In this document: positions 30,185 to 43,150 of the stretch, piece by piece
How the letters are laid out: each line of letters opens with the position of its first letter
How positions within the stretch are numbered: the first letter of the stretch is position 1
Assembly: GCA_965237525.1 (NCBI GenBank)
Contig: CBDEFO010000003.1
Coordinates: 128,001-192,000, forward strand
Reading direction: 5' to 3'
DNA from: Candidatus Latescibacterota bacterium
Lineage (GTDB): Bacteria; Latescibacterota; CBDEFO01
DNA: 64,000 nucleotides
Made by a program: the position numbers and the translations under genes
Notes under the pieces: model-generated
The model's input: the letters and a program-made list of their open reading frames with translations, nothing else
Told to the model about the DNA's origin: nothing
Database searches by the model: none

Positions 30185-32272
30185 CTATACTGCTACACCG
30201 TGAATTGTGGCTATGATTTCCTCTGCTATATCTTTGGGAACTTCCTGATACTTTGAAAATTCCATAGAATAGATAGCCCGTCCCTGTGTGAGTGATCTGA
30301 GACTGGTGGTATAGCCAAACATCTCGGATAGCGGAACAACAGCGCTTATGATCTGAGCATCTTGTCTCGGTATTATACCTAGGATGTTGCCTCTCCTTGA
30401 ATTTAAGTCCCCCAGGACCCCACCCAGGTACTGTTCAGGCACTACCACTTCCACATCCATTACGGGCTCTAAAAGATACGGATCTGCCCGTTTGACAGCA
30501 TCTTTAAAAGCCATGCTCGCCGCTATCTTGAACGCCACCTCTGACGAATCCACCTCATGATAGGAGCCATCGTGCAGCGTAACCCTGACATCCTCCACCG
30601 GGTACCCCGCAAGCACACCTCCTGTCATCGCCTCTCTGACGCCCTCTCTAACAGGCGGGATATATTCCTTAGGAATAGTACCCCCTCTGATCTTATTTTC
30701 GAATATCAAACCGCTTCCCGATTCGACCGGACCCACCTCAAGATGTACGTGCCCGTATTGGCCTCTTCCACCCGTCTGACGGACGAACCTGCCCTCGCTT
30801 TTAACAGTTTCTCTTATAGATTCCTTATATGCAACTTGAGGTTTTCCTATGTTGGCTCCCACCTTGAACTCTCTTAGGAGGCGATCTACGATAATTTCTA
30901 ATTGCAGCTCGCCCATCCCTCGGATGATGGTCTGTCCTGTTTCTTCATCTAACTCTACCTTCAGAGCCGGATCTTCAGCCGTAAACTTGGCCAGGGAAAC
31001 CCCCATTTGATCCTGATCCGCCCTGGTCTTCGGTTCTATTGCCACAGACACAAGAGGCTCGGCAAATTGTATGGATTCCAATATGATAGGGTGATCCTCA
31101 GAGCACAGGGTCTCGCCTGTGCTTGTGTTCTTAAGACCTACAGCTGCAACTATGTCCCCCACGTGAATCTCTTCTATGGCCTTTCTCTTATTGGCGTGCA
31201 TCTGAAGCACCCGTCCGATCCTCTCCTTTTTCCCTGTATTGGCATTGAGTACCGAAGATCTTGCCTTCAAGAGGCCAGAGTAGACTCTAAAAAACGTCAA
31301 AGTACCCACATGTGGATCCGTTTGAACCTTGAAAGCCAGAGCAGAGAAAGGTTCTTCTTCAGATGGACCTCTGACCTCCTGCTGACCTGTATAGGGATTA
31401 AGCCCCTTAACAGATGGTATATCCGAAGGCGAGGGAAGGTAGTCCAGCACGGCGTCTAGGAGCCTGTGCATTCCCTTGTTCCTTTTGGCCGAGCCGCATA
31501 AGACGGGAACAACCCGAATCTCTATAGTGGCCCTCCTCAGGGCCTCTCTTATCTCTCTGGGGTTTATTTCGTCTCCATCAAGAAACTTTTCCAGAAGGTG
31601 ATCGTCGCATTCTGCTACTGTCTCCATGAGCCTTGCGCGGTAGAAGAGCGCTTCATCCATAAGATCGGAGGGGATCTCGTTTTCCGTATAGACAGCGTCC
31701 AGGTTCTCTTCATTGTAAGTTATGGCTTTCATCGTCACAAGATCTAAAAGCCCCGTAAACATATCCCCTGCGCCTATCGGGACCTGAACCGGAACGAACT
31801 TTGCTCCCAACCTTTGGCTCATCATATCCGTAACTCTGAAGAAATCAGCTCCTGTCCGATCCATCTTATTCACAAAAGCGATCCTCGGAACGCTGTACTT
31901 ATCTGCCTGGCGCCACACTGTCTCAGACTGCGGCTCAACGCCTCCCACGGCGCAGAATATCGCTATAGCTCCGTCCAGCACCCTAAGAGAACGCTCCACC
32001 TCAGTGGTAAAATCCACATGACCTGGAGTGTCAATAATATTTATCCTGTGTTCTCTCCAAAAACACGTGGTCGCAGCCGAAGTGATGGTTATACCGCGTT
32101 CTCTCTCCTGATCCATCCAATCCGTCACAGTCGTCCCCTCGTCCACCTCACCTATGCGATGCGTCCGGCCCGTATAGAACAAAATCCGTTCGGTAGTCGT
32201 AGTTTTTCCCGCATCTATATGTGCCATTATGCCTATATTACGCGTATTATATAAAAAGCAATCTTTTGACAT
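30185..32272 (-). CDS. fusA: elongation factor G
   Basis: [35 protein letters not shown]. Confidence 0.99.
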   Translation of the reverse strand: MSKDCFLYNTRNIGIMAHIDAGKTTTTERILFYTGRTHRIGEVDEGTTVTDWMDQERERGITITSAATTCFWREHRINIIDTPGHVDFTTEVERSLRVLDGAIAIFCAVGGVEPQSETVWRQADKYSVPRIAFVNKMDRTGADFFRVTDMMSQRLGAKFVPVQVPIGAGDMFTGLLDLVTMKAITYNEENLDAVYTENEIPSDLMDEALFYRARLMETVAECDDHLLEKFLDGDEINPREIREALRRATIEIRVVPVLCGSAKRNKGMHRLLDAVLDYLPSPSDIPSVKGLNPYTGQQEVRGPSEEEPFSALAFKVQTDPHVGTLTFFRVYSGLLKARSSVLNANTGKKERIGRVLQMHANKRKAIEEIHVGDIVAAVGLKNTSTGETLCSEDHPIILESIQFAEPLVSVAIEPKTRADQDQMGVSLAKFTAEDPALKVELDEETGQTIIRGMGELQLEIIVDRLLREFKVGANIGKPQVAYKESIRETVKSEGRFVRQTGGRGQYGHVHLEVGPVESGSGLIFENKIRGGTIPKEYIPPVREGVREAMTGGVLAGYPVEDVRVTLHDGSYHEVDSSEVAFKIAASMAFKDAVKRADPYLLEPVMDVEVVVPEQYLGGVLGDLNSRRGNILGIIPRQDAQIISAVVPLSEMFGYTTSLRSLTQGRAIYSMEFSKYQEVPKDIAEEIIATIHGVAV

Positions 32273-32322
32273 AGTCTACATCTATCTCAAAGTGTAAAGT
32301 GTTCAAACTTGCTGTATCGGAC

Positions 32323-32793
32323 CTACAATCTATAATGAGCAAATGCCCTGTTGGCTTCTGCCATTCTATGGATTTCTTCTCTCCTTCTCATTGACGCCCC
32401 TTCGCCTTTGGAAGCGGCCATAAGCTCCGCGGCTAACCGTTCTACCATAGTCTTTTCTGGGCGCTCCTTAGCGTAGGTGATCAGCCATCTTATCGAAAGG
32501 GCTGTTTTCCTGTCGGGTGAGAGCTCCATAGGAATCTGATATGTCTGTCCTCCCACCCTTCGGGATCTTACTTCTATTGCAGGCTTGACGTTCTCCACGG
32601 CCTTTTGAAAGACCTCTAATCCATTTTGATCTGTTCCCCGTTCGATAATATCCAAAGCACTGTACAGAATTCTTTCTGCTCGGCTCCTCTTGCCTTTCCG
32701 CAAAATACAATTGACAAAACGCGTCACCAAGACGCTGCCCCACTTGGGGTCAGGTGAGAGTTCTTTTTTTTCAGGTCTTTTCCTTCTCGCCAT
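32323..32793 (-). CDS. rpsG: 30S ribosomal protein S7
   Basis: ATG 32793 (MARRKR); RRVGG.TYQ.P, HRMAEANRAFAH. Confidence 0.97.
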   Translation of the reverse strand: MARRKRPEKKELSPDPKWGSVLVTRFVNCILRKGKRSRAERILYSALDIIERGTDQNGLEVFQKAVENVKPAIEVRSRRVGGQTYQIPMELSPDRKTALSIRWLITYAKERPEKTMVERLAAELMAASKGEGASMRRREEIHRMAEANRAFAHYRL

Positions 32794-32904
32794 CAGATTC
32801 TCCTTGTGAGGTCGCTTGACTTTGCTGGCAATATGGTGTGGCACATTGCGCAACAAAGACAAGCCTCCAATAGACAGGAACGCTCAAAGGCAGCACTCTT
32901 AAGT

Positions 32905-33276
32905 TCAGCTGGGCTTCTTTGTGCCATATTTGGATCTCCCCTGCTTCCTGTCAGTAACGCCCATAGTATCCAGAACCCCACGTACTATGTGATACCTCAC
33001 ACCCGCAAGATCCTTAACGTGTCCGCCTCTTATAAGAACAATAGAGTGTTCCTGAAGATTATGACCTTCGCCTGGTATATAAGCTGTCACCTCGATACCG
33101 TTAGTCAACCGTACCCTTGCTGTCTTCCTCAGTGCAGAGTTCGGTTTTCTAGGAGTTGACACCCTTACCTGAACGCACACACCTCTTTTTTGAGGCGATC
33201 CACCAAGTGCTGGTGTGGACGTCTTGTTGGAGGCCTTCTTGCGCCCCTTTCTGATCAATTGATTTATAGTGGGCAA
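32905..33276 (-). CDS. rpsL: 30S ribosomal protein S12
   Basis: TTG 33276 (PTINQL); [22 protein letters not shown]. Confidence 0.98.
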   Translation of the reverse strand: MPTINQLIRKGRKKASNKTSTPALGGSPQKRGVCVQVRVSTPRKPNSALRKTARVRLTNGIEVTAYIPGEGHNLQEHSIVLIRGGHVKDLAGVRYHIVRGVLDTMGVTDRKQGRSKYGTKKPS

Positions 33277-33294
33277 ACCTAACTCCCTTCTTAA

Positions 33295-33446
33295 AGACAG
33301 TAGGTAGTAGACAGGGCACCGCTTCCCCCTCCCCATTTACTGTCTCCTGTCTTTATGCTGCTTGCCGATTACTATCGGGTACGGAGAAAGGGGATTGCCT
33401 GTATGCTGTCTATTGTTTGCTGTCTACTTGTTTATGCTATCCACTT
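33295..33446. repeat. two family A elements in opposite orientation in the rpoC-rpsL spacer
   Basis: AGTAGACAGGGCACCGCTTCCCCCTCCCC...TACTGTCT; then CCTGTATGCTGTCTATTGTTTGCTGTCTACT. Confidence 0.75.
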
Positions 33447-33450
33447 ATTT

Positions 33451-36400
33451 TCAGTCGTTTATCGTCAATAGTTCTGGCTGTTTGTCCTTCCCTTCGTCGC
33501 CAAGAACCTCTGCCTCCGGAACTGTCGTCTCATCTTCTTGGGCAGGTTCGCCGTCAGGCTCTGTCAGGGCCTCTATCTCTATTCCTTCGCCTTCTGCGGC
33601 TCTGTAGTACGCGCTTCGGTAATGTGGGGACCCGGTCCCGGCAGGGATCAGGTGTCCGATGATCACGTTTTCCTTGAGTCCTAAAAGTTTATCCACCTTG
33701 CCCTGGATCGCAGCTTCGGTCAGTACTCTGGTCGTCTCCTGGAACGAGGCAGCCGAAATGAAGCTGTCAGTCCTCAAAGATGCCTTAGTTATCCCGAATA
33801 AAATAGGCTCAAATGTCGCCGGCTCTCCGCCTTCTTCCCCCACCTTGTTATTTTCATCTGCGAATTTGAATCTATCGACCTCATCACCTTCCAAAAATTC
33901 TGTATCGCCGGGATCTATCACCCTGACCTTTTGAAGCATCTGACGCACGATCACTTCTACATGCTTATCGTCTATCTTCACGCCCTGGATCCTATAGACT
34001 GCCTGGATCTCGTTCACCAGATATTCCTGAACCTTATATATGCCTTGAATACTTAAGATATCGTGGGGATTTATTGGGCCTTCGTTGAGTCCTTCTCCTG
34101 CTGTAACCCTGTCTTCTTCTCTCACCTTGAGGTGTTTGCCATAGGGGATCACATATTTTCTGTCTTCGCCGTCATCTCCTACCACGATTAGCTCTCTGGA
34201 GCCCCCTACCATTTCGCCCAACTTTACAATACCATCTATTTCGGTCACGACGGCAGGGTTCTTGGGTTTTCTGGCTTCAAATAGCTCGGCTACCCTTGGG
34301 AGTCCCCCAGTAATATCTCTCGTCTTACTCCTTTCCCTGGGTATTTTGACCAGAAGACTTCCGGCAGAAACCTCCTGTTCATCGTGCACGAACAGATGGG
34401 CGCCCACAGGGATGATGTAGTTTCTGATCCTGTTGCTATTTTCGTCTATTATTTCGATTCTGGGACTCAGGGATCTATCTCTTTGCTCTATGATCACTCT
34501 TTCCTTCAGACCCGACGTCTCATCCAATTCCTCGCGGAAGGTCACGTTCTCCACTATATCGGCGAACATGGCTTTCCCCTTAACGTCTGTCAGGATAATA
34601 TTGTTGTACGGATCCCATTCATACAGGAGCTGATTTTCCTTTACAGAATCCCCGTCCTTCACCTTCAAAAGCGCGCCGTAGGCAATATCATGTCTTTCTC
34701 TCGGTCGCTTATAGTCGTCCAGGATCTCTATCTCTCCTTTGCGACTCAAAACCCTCAGGCCTTCTCCTTCTTCTTGGCTTAAGTACTCTACGCATTCAAT
34801 ATCCTTAAACCCTATAGTCCCTTCCCTTTTTGTCTCTATCTTCGATTGTTCGGCGATCCTGCTGGCCGTTCCGCCGATGTGGAACGTCCTCAGCGTCAAC
34901 TGTGTCCCCGGTTCTCCTATGCTTTGAGCCGCTATTACCCCAACTGCATCGCCTATTTCGACGGGCCTGGCTGTGGCCAGGTTTCTCCCATAGCACTTGA
35001 CACATACACCTCTTCTGGACTCGCATGTAAGGACAGAGCGAATGTGCACCGACTCTATCCCGGCGTCCGAGATGGAAGCTGCGATTTCCTCATCTACAAG
35101 CTCATCGGCAGAGGCGATCAGTTCATCTGTGGATGGGTCATAGACATCGTACAAAAGCGTCCTGCCGACGATGCGGTCTGAAAGAGGTTCTACAACTTCT
35201 TCCCCTTCCTTTAGTTCTACAATTTCGATACCAAGTATAGTATTGCAGCCTTCCGCCGTGACGACAATATCTTGAGCCACATCCACCATCTTTCTGGTCA
35301 GATACCCAGCCTCTGCAGTCTTTAAGGCTGTATCTGCAAGTCCCTTTCTGGCACCGTGAGTGGAGATAAAATACTCCAGCACAGATAGTCCCTCTTTGAA
35401 ATTTGCTATAATAGGGGTCTCGATAATCTCACCAACTGCTCCTGTGACCTTTCTTTGAGGCTTTGTCATTGGACCCCTCATTCCGCCCAACTGATTGATC
35501 TGCTCGCTGCTGCCCCTTGCTCCCGAATCCCACATCATATACACAGGATTGAACCCCTCATCTATCTCTTGAAGAGCCTCAACCATAGCCTGAGATACGT
35601 CGGTGGTAGTGTGCTGCCAGACATCAATTGTCTTATTATATCTCTCACCGTCTGTGATGATGCCTCTTGAATACTGATCCTGTATGGTCTTAACCTCTGA
35701 AAGCGCCGCATCTATGAGCTTATCCTTAACCTCCGGAATCACAACATCGTCTATGCCTATGGTCACCCCTGATTTGGTCACATAGTTAAATCCCAGATCC
35801 TTGAGCCTGTCCGCAAATAGGGCGGTCTGTTGACCTCCATACTTTCGGTAGATCTGGGATGTGACTTCCGTGACCTTGCTGTTATTCACAAGCTCGTTTA
35901 CGAACTGATAACCCTGAGGCAGGATCTCGTTGAAGATAATCCTACCCACAGTGGTCTCCAAAAGCTCTCCATCTATCCTTACTTTGATCTCGCTGTTTAG
36001 AGCGATCTTCCCGTGGCTATGAGCTGCCAGGGCCTCGTCCTTATCTGAGAACACTTTCCCTTCGCCCAGATCCTTAGGCCTAACCTTCGTCAGATAGTAG
36101 CATCCCAAAGCTATATCCTGGGGCTTGTCTATCACAACTGGAGAACCGTCCGAAGGCTTCAACAGGTTATTCGACGAAAGCATCAGAACTTTCGCCTCTG
36201 TCTGTGATTCAAAAGACAGGGGCACGTGCACCGCCATCTGATCTCCGTCGAAGTCAGCGTTAAACGCCGCACATACTAAAGGATGGATTTTGATAGCCTT
36301 CCCTTCAACCAGCACGGGCTGAAACGCCTGAATTCCAAGTCTGTGTAGAGTAGGAGCCCTGTTTAGGAGCACGCAGTGCTCGGCTATGATCTCCTCTAAA

Positions 36401-37614
36401 ATATCCCATACTTCGGACTTTTCCTGCTCGACCATCTTCTTGGCGCTCTTGACTGTCTGGACCAAGCCCTTCTCCTGGAGTCTCTTGATGATAAAGGGCT
36501 TAAAGAGTTCCACCGCCATGCTCTTGGGCAGACCGCATTGATGCAGCTTCATTTCTGGCCCTACTACGATCACAGACCTTCCGGAATAATCAACTCTCTT
36601 TCCCAGAAGGTTCTGTCTGAATCTGCCCTGTTTGCCCTTCAAAAGATCAGAAAGGGATTTTAAGGGTCTGTTGCCATTGCCCCTTACGGCTTTTGATCTT
36701 CTCCCATTGTCAAAGAGGGTATCCACAGCTTCCTGGAGCATCCTCTTTTCGTTTCTCAGGATCACTTCGGGGGCCTTAATCTCTATCAGCTTCTTCAGGC
36801 GGTTGTTTCTATTGATCACACGCTTGTACAGATCGTTTAGATCAGAAGTTGCAAATCTTCCACCATCTAGTGGAACCAGCGGCCTCAAATCCGGCGGAAT
36901 AACCGGTATCGCGTCCATAATCATCCACTCTGGTCTATTATTGGACTGCCTGAATGCCTCTACTACTTTCAGTCTCTTTAGGGCATCCTGCTTCCTCTGC
37001 ACAGAGGTCTCCATTCTGGCCTGAGTCCGCAAGCTGGCCGAAAGTTCCTCTATATCTATTTTTTGGAGGACTTTCTTCACGGCGGGCGCCCCTATACCCA
37101 CCTCGAAGTGACACCTTTGTTCCTCCAGGTCGATCACCTCATCCTCAGAAAGGAGATCCTTTTCATTTATCGGGGCATCTCCTTTGTCGATCACTACGTA
37201 CGACTCGTAGTAAAGGATCCTTTCCAAATTTCGTACTGAAATATCCAGAAGATAGCTCATCCTGGAGGGGAGAGATTTGAAATACCATATATGAGATACA
37301 GGAACAGCCAACTTGACATGCCCGAGCCTTTCTCTTCTGACCTTACTCTGAGTTACTTCCACCCCGCACCTGTCGCATATGACGCCTTTGTACCTTATCC
37401 TCTTGTACTTTCCGCAGTGGCACTCCCAATCTTTTACAGGTCCGAATATCCGCTCGCAAAAGAGTCCATCTCTTTCGGGCTTGAACGAACGGTAGTTGAT
37501 AGTCTCGGGTTTGGCCACCTCTCCATGTGACCACTTCAATATACTCTCAGGAGACGCCAACTGAACCCTAATACAATTAAAATCCCTGGACTTCCTTAGC
37601 ATAGAATCGATCAC
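33451..37614 (-). CDS. rpoC: RNA polymerase beta' subunit
   Basis: Zn ribbon, [10 protein letters not shown] catalytic motif, [17 protein letters not shown]. Confidence 0.99.
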   Translation of the reverse strand: MIDSMLRKSRDFNCIRVQLASPESILKWSHGEVAKPETINYRSFKPERDGLFCERIFGPVKDWECHCGKYKRIRYKGVICDRCGVEVTQSKVRRERLGHVKLAVPVSHIWYFKSLPSRMSYLLDISVRNLERILYYESYVVIDKGDAPINEKDLLSEDEVIDLEEQRCHFEVGIGAPAVKKVLQKIDIEELSASLRTQARMETSVQRKQDALKRLKVVEAFRQSNNRPEWMIMDAIPVIPPDLRPLVPLDGGRFATSDLNDLYKRVINRNNRLKKLIEIKAPEVILRNEKRMLQEAVDTLFDNGRRSKAVRGNGNRPLKSLSDLLKGKQGRFRQNLLGKRVDYSGRSVIVVGPEMKLHQCGLPKSMAVELFKPFIIKRLQEKGLVQTVKSAKKMVEQEKSEVWDILEEIIAEHCVLLNRAPTLHRLGIQAFQPVLVEGKAIKIHPLVCAAFNADFDGDQMAVHVPLSFESQTEAKVLMLSSNNLLKPSDGSPVVIDKPQDIALGCYYLTKVRPKDLGEGKVFSDKDEALAAHSHGKIALNSEIKVRIDGELLETTVGRIIFNEILPQGYQFVNELVNNSKVTEVTSQIYRKYGGQQTALFADRLKDLGFNYVTKSGVTIGIDDVVIPEVKDKLIDAALSEVKTIQDQYSRGIITDGERYNKTIDVWQHTTTDVSQAMVEALQEIDEGFNPVYMMWDSGARGSSEQINQLGGMRGPMTKPQRKVTGAVGEIIETPIIANFKEGLSVLEYFISTHGARKGLADTALKTAEAGYLTRKMVDVAQDIVVTAEGCNTILGIEIVELKEGEEVVEPLSDRIVGRTLLYDVYDPSTDELIASADELVDEEIAASISDAGIESVHIRSVLTCESRRGVCVKCYGRNLATARPVEIGDAVGVIAAQSIGEPGTQLTLRTFHIGGTASRIAEQSKIETKREGTIGFKDIECVEYLSQEEGEGLRVLSRKGEIEILDDYKRPRERHDIAYGALLKVKDGDSVKENQLLYEWDPYNNIILTDVKGKAMFADIVENVTFREELDETSGLKERVIIEQRDRSLSPRIEIIDENSNRIRNYIIPVGAHLFVHDEQEVSAGSLLVKIPRERSKTRDITGGLPRVAELFEARKPKNPAVVTEIDGIVKLGEMVGGSRELIVVGDDGEDRKYVIPYGKHLKVREEDRVTAGEGLNEGPINPHDILSIQGIYKVQEYLVNEIQAVYRIQGVKIDDKHVEVIVRQMLQKVRVIDPGDTEFLEGDEVDRFKFADENNKVGEEGGEPATFEPILFGITKASLRTDSFISAASFQETTRVLTEAAIQGKVDKLLGLKENVIIGHLIPAGTGSPHYRSAYYRAAEGEGIEIEALTEPDGEPAQEDETTVPEAEVLGDEGKDKQPELLTIND

Positions 37615-37680
37615 TTAAGATACCCCCTAAATAAGTACGTAGTAGACAGCGCACGTCCTCAATTGTTCACTGAGTACTCT

Positions 37681-40600
37681 CTACTCTTGTAAAGCTTCGC
37701 CGTTTTCCAGACGGATATCTAAACCTAAACTCTGAAGTTCCTTTATCAAAACGTTAAACGACTCCGGTATCCCCGGCTCAGGAGAGTTTTCACCCTTGAC
37801 TATGGCCTCGTAGATTTTGGATCTTCCCGCCACATCGTCCGACTTGACTGTCAGCATTTCCTGTAAAAGATGGGCCGCGCCGTAAGCCTCCAGAGCCCAG
37901 ACCTCCATCTCTCCAATGCGCTGACCGCCAAACTGAGCTTTCCCTCCCAGTGGCTGCTGAGTTACGAGTGAATACGGACCGATAGATCGTGCGTGTATCT
38001 TATCTGCCACAAGGTGTGAGAGCTTCATCATATAAAGATAGCCAACTGTAACCTCTTTGTCAAAGGGCTCTCCTGTTCTTCCCTCGAAAAGGACAGTCTT
38101 TCCGCTTTCAGGGAGTCCCGCCTCCTTCAGAGTCGCTTTGACTTCATCCAAAGTTGCCCCGTCGAATACAGGAGTCGCTACATACCTGTTCAGCTCTTTT
38201 GCCGCCCACCCCAAGTGAGTCTCTAATATTTGGCCCAAGTTCATCCTACCTGGAACTCCGAGGGGATTTAGTATAACATCCACTGGCGTTCCATTCGGAA
38301 GATAGGGCATATCCTCCTCGGGCACGATCTTAGACACGACCCCTTTATTCCCGTGTCTTCCTGCCATCTTATCCCCTACCGAGAGTCTCCGCTTCCTTGC
38401 CACGTAAACCTTTATAAGCTGCACAATCCCTGGGGGAAGCTCATCTCCCCTTGTGATCTTATCTATGTTGTGGTCCAAACGTTCCTTCACTGACTCGATC
38501 TCGTCTTGGGCAATCTTTATCAATTGCTCTACGATCCGATTTACTTCATCGTCAGCCGTCCATCCATCCTCTGGCCGAGCTCGGTCAAAATCGATGCTTT
38601 TGAGTAGCTTTTCAGTAAAAACCCGACCTTTATTGACCACCACAGAGTCATCTTCCTTGTTCCAAAGAGTCCTAGATCTTCTGTGTTGCAGGAGTCCTCT
38701 TATCTGTTCATCCCTCAACGATTTGATGTTTTTTATCATACTTTCTGCTTCTACTCTCAGCCCCTCTATCTTTTCTTTATCCACCTTTTTAGTGTTTTCA
38801 TCTCTTTCCTTCCTTGAAAAGACTACTCTTCCCATAACCACGCCGTCCATTCCTGCAGGAGCTCTCAGTGAAGCATCTCTTACGTCCCCCGCCTTCTCAC
38901 CGAAGATAGCCCTTAAGAGTCTTTCCTCGGGTGAAAGCTCAGTTTCACCTTTTGGGGTAACTTTCCCCACCAAGATATCGTTTGGGCCTACTTCTGCCCC
39001 AACACGAATGATCCCGCTTTCATCCAGATTTCTGACGAACTGTTCGTTTACGTTGGGGATCTCTCTTGTTATTTCCTCCACGCCCCTTTTTGTATCCCGC
39101 ACCTGAATCTCGAACTCTTCAATATGTATAGAAGTAAACACATCCTCTTTTAACAGCCTTTCGCTTACCAATATAGCGTCCTCGAAATTACATCCGCTCC
39201 AGGACATAAAAGCCACCAGGACGTTTGCTCCAAGCGCAAGGTCTCCTCTGTCTGTGGATGGACCGTCCGCTAAAACGTCTCCCTTTTGCACCTTATCCTT
39301 TACTCTTACGATGGGCCTTTGATTTACACAGCAGTCGTGATTAGACCTTTTGAACTTAGTCAGGTGGTATCTATCGCAATCGGAGAACCCCAATGAGGAC
39401 GATTCGTCTTTACCTGATTTATCTTTCTTTACCGTGATCCTATCTGCCGTCACCTCTATTACCTGTCCGGAGTTTTTGGCCATAATCATAACTCCGGAGT
39501 CCATCGCAGTCTTGCGCTCGATTCCTGTGCCTACGTATGGAGCATGCGTCTTCAAAAGAGGGACGCCCTGACGCTGCATATTCGACCCCATTAAGGCTCT
39601 ATTTGCATCGTCGTGCTCCAAGAAGGGGATCAGTGCTGCAGCCACGCTTACCAACTGCTTGGGGGACACGTCCATATAGTCTATCTCTTTTGGATACACG
39701 ATGGGGAAATCTCCTCTCTTTCTGGCCTTAACCAAAGAATCAGAAAACCTCCCGTTTTTATCTAATTTCGAATTAGCCTGAGCTATAGTGTACCTATCCT
39801 CGGTATCTGCAGACAGATACTCTATCTTTGAGGTCACTTTTCCGTTTTTCACCACCCTGTAGGGAGTCTCCAAGAACCCGAGCGAGTTTACCCTTGTATA
39901 GGTGCTCAACGAGGCAATAAGACCGATGTTAGGACCCTCTGGCGTCTCTATAGGACATATCCTCCCGTAGTGGGTGTGATGCACGTCCCTGACCTCAAAT
40001 CCTGCTCGATCCTTTGTCAAGCCTCCCGGTCCAAGAGCCGAAAGTCTCCTTTTGTGCGTCAACTCATCCAAAGGATTTATCTGCGCCATAAACTGAGAAA
40101 GCTGGCCGCTTCCGAAGAACGACATTATGCCTGTCGAGACTGTCCTTGCATTCACAAGTGCTTGAGGCGTTAGAGAATCGCTGTCTCTTAAGCTCATTCG
40201 CTCTCTTATAGTCTTTGCCATTCTGGAGAGCCCAGCTGAAAACTGTTTTGATGCGAGTTCTCCGACCGATCTCACCCTCCGATTGCCCAGATGATCTATA
40301 TCGTCTGTGTAGCCGCCGCCCCTGTGAAGCTCCGAGAGATAGCCTATGATGCTGATAAAATCCTTCTTATGAAGAACTGTGCTTTTGAGGGGTATGTCCA
40401 GTTGCAGACGCTGATTTATCCTGTAGCGCCCCACTTCTCCAAGGTTATAGCGCTTAGGGTTAAAAAATAGCTTCTCCAAGTGACTTTTAGCTGTCTCAAC
40501 GTTAGGAGGATCACCCGGCCTCAGAAGGCTATATATCCTAGACAAGGCCTCCTCTTGGCTGTCGCACGTATCCTTATTTAACGTATTCTTTATGACCCCA

Positions 40601-41628
40601 TTTTCTACCTCTTCTGGATCCATACTGACGACTTCTATACGCTTGATACCGGACTTTTGGAGAGACATTACGGAATTCTCTGTTACAACCTCGAATTCTT
40701 GAAGAGTAAGCTCCCCGTTCGACTCGTCCACGATATCCTCAAGGCAGATATGCCCGATTATGTCTTCATCTACAGTCCTTCTTTGGCTGGAGAGCACCTG
40801 AACTTCCTTTACCCCGACGCTTTTGATAATCTCAAGGTGCTCTGTATCCAGCTTTGTGAGCCAGTCTATCAGGACCTCTCCGGAATCCTTGTCTAATATC
40901 TCATCCATCAAGATTTGGTTCGCCAAATTCTTATCTATCTTCTTTGACTTCCTTGATCCATGGAACACAGCAAGGATGTGACCCTCAGTGGGGAATCCTA
41001 AAGCCCTCAGAAGGACTGTTACGGGGATCTTTCTTTTTCGTTCGATCTGGACATACATAAGGTCGTTTATGTCCATGCTGAACTCGAACCATGTGCCTCT
41101 GTCGGGTATAACCCTCGCTGAGTAGAGGTTCTTTCCGTTGGGGTGAGTCGTTTCGTCGAAGAAGCAGCCGGGAGATCGATGAAGCTGACTTACTATCACC
41201 TTTTCGACCCCATTGATTACAAACGTCCCGTTTTGGGTCATTAGTGGAAGCTCACCTAAAAAGACAGATTGTTCTATAATATCCTTTATCTTTTCCTTAT
41301 CCTGACGGTCCCTGGAAATAAGCCTCAAAGTCGCCTTCAGGGGCGCTGCATAGGTCGAATCTCTTTCCTGGCACTCCTTGATGCTGTATTTGGGTTTGCC
41401 CATAGAGTAGTTGACAAACTCCAAAGTATATGCATTGTGAATATCGGAGATCGGGAAAATACCCCTGAATACCGACTGAAGGCCCTTATTTTCTCTCTTT
41501 TCAGGCGGTACATCAGCTTGAAGAAACAAATCATAAGAATTGATCTGGATATCCAAAAGATCGGGTAATTCGATAATCTCAGGCGTCTTGGCGTAGGACT
41601 TACGCGCTATAATTCCTATCTCGTCCAA
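37681..41628 (-). CDS. rpoB: RNA polymerase beta subunit
   Basis: [38 protein letters not shown]. Confidence 0.99.
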   Translation of the reverse strand: MDEIGIIARKSYAKTPEIIELPDLLDIQINSYDLFLQADVPPEKRENKGLQSVFRGIFPISDIHNAYTLEFVNYSMGKPKYSIKECQERDSTYAAPLKATLRLISRDRQDKEKIKDIIEQSVFLGELPLMTQNGTFVINGVEKVIVSQLHRSPGCFFDETTHPNGKNLYSARVIPDRGTWFEFSMDINDLMYVQIERKRKIPVTVLLRALGFPTEGHILAVFHGSRKSKKIDKNLANQILMDEILDKDSGEVLIDWLTKLDTEHLEIIKSVGVKEVQVLSSQRRTVDEDIIGHICLEDIVDESNGELTLQEFEVVTENSVMSLQKSGIKRIEVVSMDPEEVENGVIKNTLNKDTCDSQEEALSRIYSLLRPGDPPNVETAKSHLEKLFFNPKRYNLGEVGRYRINQRLQLDIPLKSTVLHKKDFISIIGYLSELHRGGGYTDDIDHLGNRRVRSVGELASKQFSAGLSRMAKTIRERMSLRDSDSLTPQALVNARTVSTGIMSFFGSGQLSQFMAQINPLDELTHKRRLSALGPGGLTKDRAGFEVRDVHHTHYGRICPIETPEGPNIGLIASLSTYTRVNSLGFLETPYRVVKNGKVTSKIEYLSADTEDRYTIAQANSKLDKNGRFSDSLVKARKRGDFPIVYPKEIDYMDVSPKQLVSVAAALIPFLEHDDANRALMGSNMQRQGVPLLKTHAPYVGTGIERKTAMDSGVMIMAKNSGQVIEVTADRITVKKDKSGKDESSSLGFSDCDRYHLTKFKRSNHDCCVNQRPIVRVKDKVQKGDVLADGPSTDRGDLALGANVLVAFMSWSGCNFEDAILVSERLLKEDVFTSIHIEEFEIQVRDTKRGVEEITREIPNVNEQFVRNLDESGIIRVGAEVGPNDILVGKVTPKGETELSPEERLLRAIFGEKAGDVRDASLRAPAGMDGVVMGRVVFSRKERDENTKKVDKEKIEGLRVEAESMIKNIKSLRDEQIRGLLQHRRSRTLWNKEDDSVVVNKGRVFTEKLLKSIDFDRARPEDGWTADDEVNRIVEQLIKIAQDEIESVKERLDHNIDKITRGDELPPGIVQLIKVYVARKRRLSVGDKMAGRHGNKGVVSKIVPEEDMPYLPNGTPVDVILNPLGVPGRMNLGQILETHLGWAAKELNRYVATPVFDGATLDEVKATLKEAGLPESGKTVLFEGRTGEPFDKEVTVGYLYMMKLSHLVADKIHARSIGPYSLVTQQPLGGKAQFGGQRIGEMEVWALEAYGAAHLLQEMLTVKSDDVAGRSKIYEAIVKGENSPEPGIPESFNVLIKELQSLGLDIRLENGEALQE

Positions 41629-41763
41629 ATCAGCTCACGCTCCTTAAGTTAGAAAATGACGAACCATAAACGAACGTTAAGGGCTTCAAGGGCCAGCCCT
41701 TTTCACCGTTCACATCTTTAGAGGCAGAAGGCATTTCTAACTGATACTTGACTTTTTAGATTC

Positions 41764-42162
41764 CTACTTTATCTCAACTGTAGCGCCGACCTCTTCGAGT
41801 TTGGCCTTAATATCTTCGACTTCTTCTTTGGATGCGCCTTCCTTAACGGAGTTAGGGGCACCATCCACCAGAGCCTTAGCCTCCTTGAGTCCTAAATCTG
41901 TCAGCGATCTTACCACCTTTATAACCTGAATCTTCTTTTCTCCGACCTCGGTCAGGATCGCATCGAACTCTGTCTGTTCCTCCTCCTGGGGAGCCTCAGC
42001 CTCTGCACTGGGAGCAGCGGCTCCAGACAATACGCCGGGAGCAATCGCAGTTACGCCGAACTCGTCCTCCAAAGACTTCACAAGGTCTGTCAACTCCAAG
42101 ACTGATAACTCCTTGATAGATTTGATAATTTCTTCAACGCCGCTCTTGCTTTTAACAGCCAT
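41764..42162 (-). CDS. rplL: 50S ribosomal protein L7/L12
   Basis: [24 protein letters not shown]. Confidence 0.98.
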   Translation of the reverse strand: MAVKSKSGVEEIIKSIKELSVLELTDLVKSLEDEFGVTAIAPGVLSGAAAPSAEAEAPQEEEQTEFDAILTEVGEKKIQVIKVVRSLTDLGLKEAKALVDGAPNSVKEGASKEEVEDIKAKLEEVGATVEIK

Positions 42163-42208
42163 ATTTACTACCCTCCAATTCTACTGTCGTTAAGCAAATG
42201 TATAATTA

Positions 42209-42742
42209 TCATCCCGATTTATCTTCTTCTTGTCTTTTCTTGGCTACAGCATCCAAGGTGCGCACTAATTTTGAGGAGATCCCAGCCAAAGCCCAGACTA
42301 ATCTGAAGATCGGAGACTGCACCCCTTGGACCACCTTGGCTAAAATCTCATCCTTTGGCAAAACCTTCGACAGAGCATCTATTTGATCCACATTGAAGAA
42401 GCTTCCCTCTACAAGTCCGCTCTTGATAGTTGGCTTTCCGGTGTCCGTGGCAAACTTTTTTAACAGTCTTGCAGGTGCCACAGGGTCACCTTCTGTATAA
42501 GCAATAGCAATAGGGCCTGTTAAGAATTCTTTTAACTGGGGAAGCCCTGCCTTATCTGCCGCAAGCCTCGTCAGAGAATCCTTTACGACCCGATAAGAGA
42601 TTGAGGATTCCTTCAACGTCCTCCTCATGTCCGTCATAGACTGTACATTTATGCCCGTAAAGTCCGTCAGGAATATGCCGCTGGACGAAGAAAGAATATT
42701 CGTCAGCTCTTCCACAATCGCTTCTTTTTCAGGTGCAGGCAT
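42209..42742 (-). CDS. rplJ: 50S ribosomal protein L10
   Basis: DFTGI.V, RVVK, LTGPIAIA; directly upstream of rplL. Confidence 0.95.
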   Translation of the reverse strand: MPAPEKEAIVEELTNILSSSSGIFLTDFTGINVQSMTDMRRTLKESSISYRVVKDSLTRLAADKAGLPQLKEFLTGPIAIAYTEGDPVAPARLLKKFATDTGKPTIKSGLVEGSFFNVDQIDALSKVLPKDEILAKVVQGVQSPIFRLVWALAGISSKLVRTLDAVAKKRQEEDKSG

Positions 42743-42772
42743 GATCTTTTATCCTTGCCACTTATCCGTGAG

Positions 42773-42836
42773 AATAGACAGCATACAGAGAAGGGAGGAG
42801 ATACCCCTGTCTACCCCCGATTGAATCTATCGGGGG
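42773..42836 (-). repeat. family A element carrying a family D palindrome
   Basis: AATAGAC AGCATAC AGAGAAGGGAGGAGATACCCCTGTCTA + CCCCCGATTGAATCTATCGGGGG (42814-42836). Confidence 0.8.
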
Positions 42837-42856
42837 TTACTTATCATCTGTCAAGA

Positions 42857-42894
42857 ATCCCCACGCTCCGTGTGCATCCCCACACTCTGTGTGC
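42857..42894 (+). repeat. 19-nt tandem direct repeat
   Basis: ATCCCCACGCTCCGTGTGC / ATCCCCACACTCTGTGTGC. Confidence 0.7.
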
Positions 42895-43150
42895 GGAATC
42901 TTATCTTTACCGAGTGATCTTTTGATATCATAGCTAATAATTGCGAATTCTCTGCGGGTTGAGATTATCAGGGGATTTACGATAGCTTTCTCTTTTTCTT
43001 AATACAATTTCCCCGCTGAGACCTGCCCGAGCACCTCCCAGGATAAGAGATTCGAACGGTTCTCCCTCATCTTGGAAGTAGCTTCAATCCAAAGCATGAT
43101 CCGTTTACATTGAGGGGTTGCTTATTGTCCGCGAAGATCTCATTTTCTCT

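Noticed and set aside
38453..39106. 217-aa antisense ORF in rpoB (also the 210-aa antisense ORF in trxB and many shorter ones)
   Set aside because: Antisense shadows of conserved genes with no recognisable motifs.
42900..43150. Possible gene fragment or IS remnant upstream of rplJ
   Set aside because: No frame I read gave a recognisable motif and no terminal repeats were found; left unassigned.
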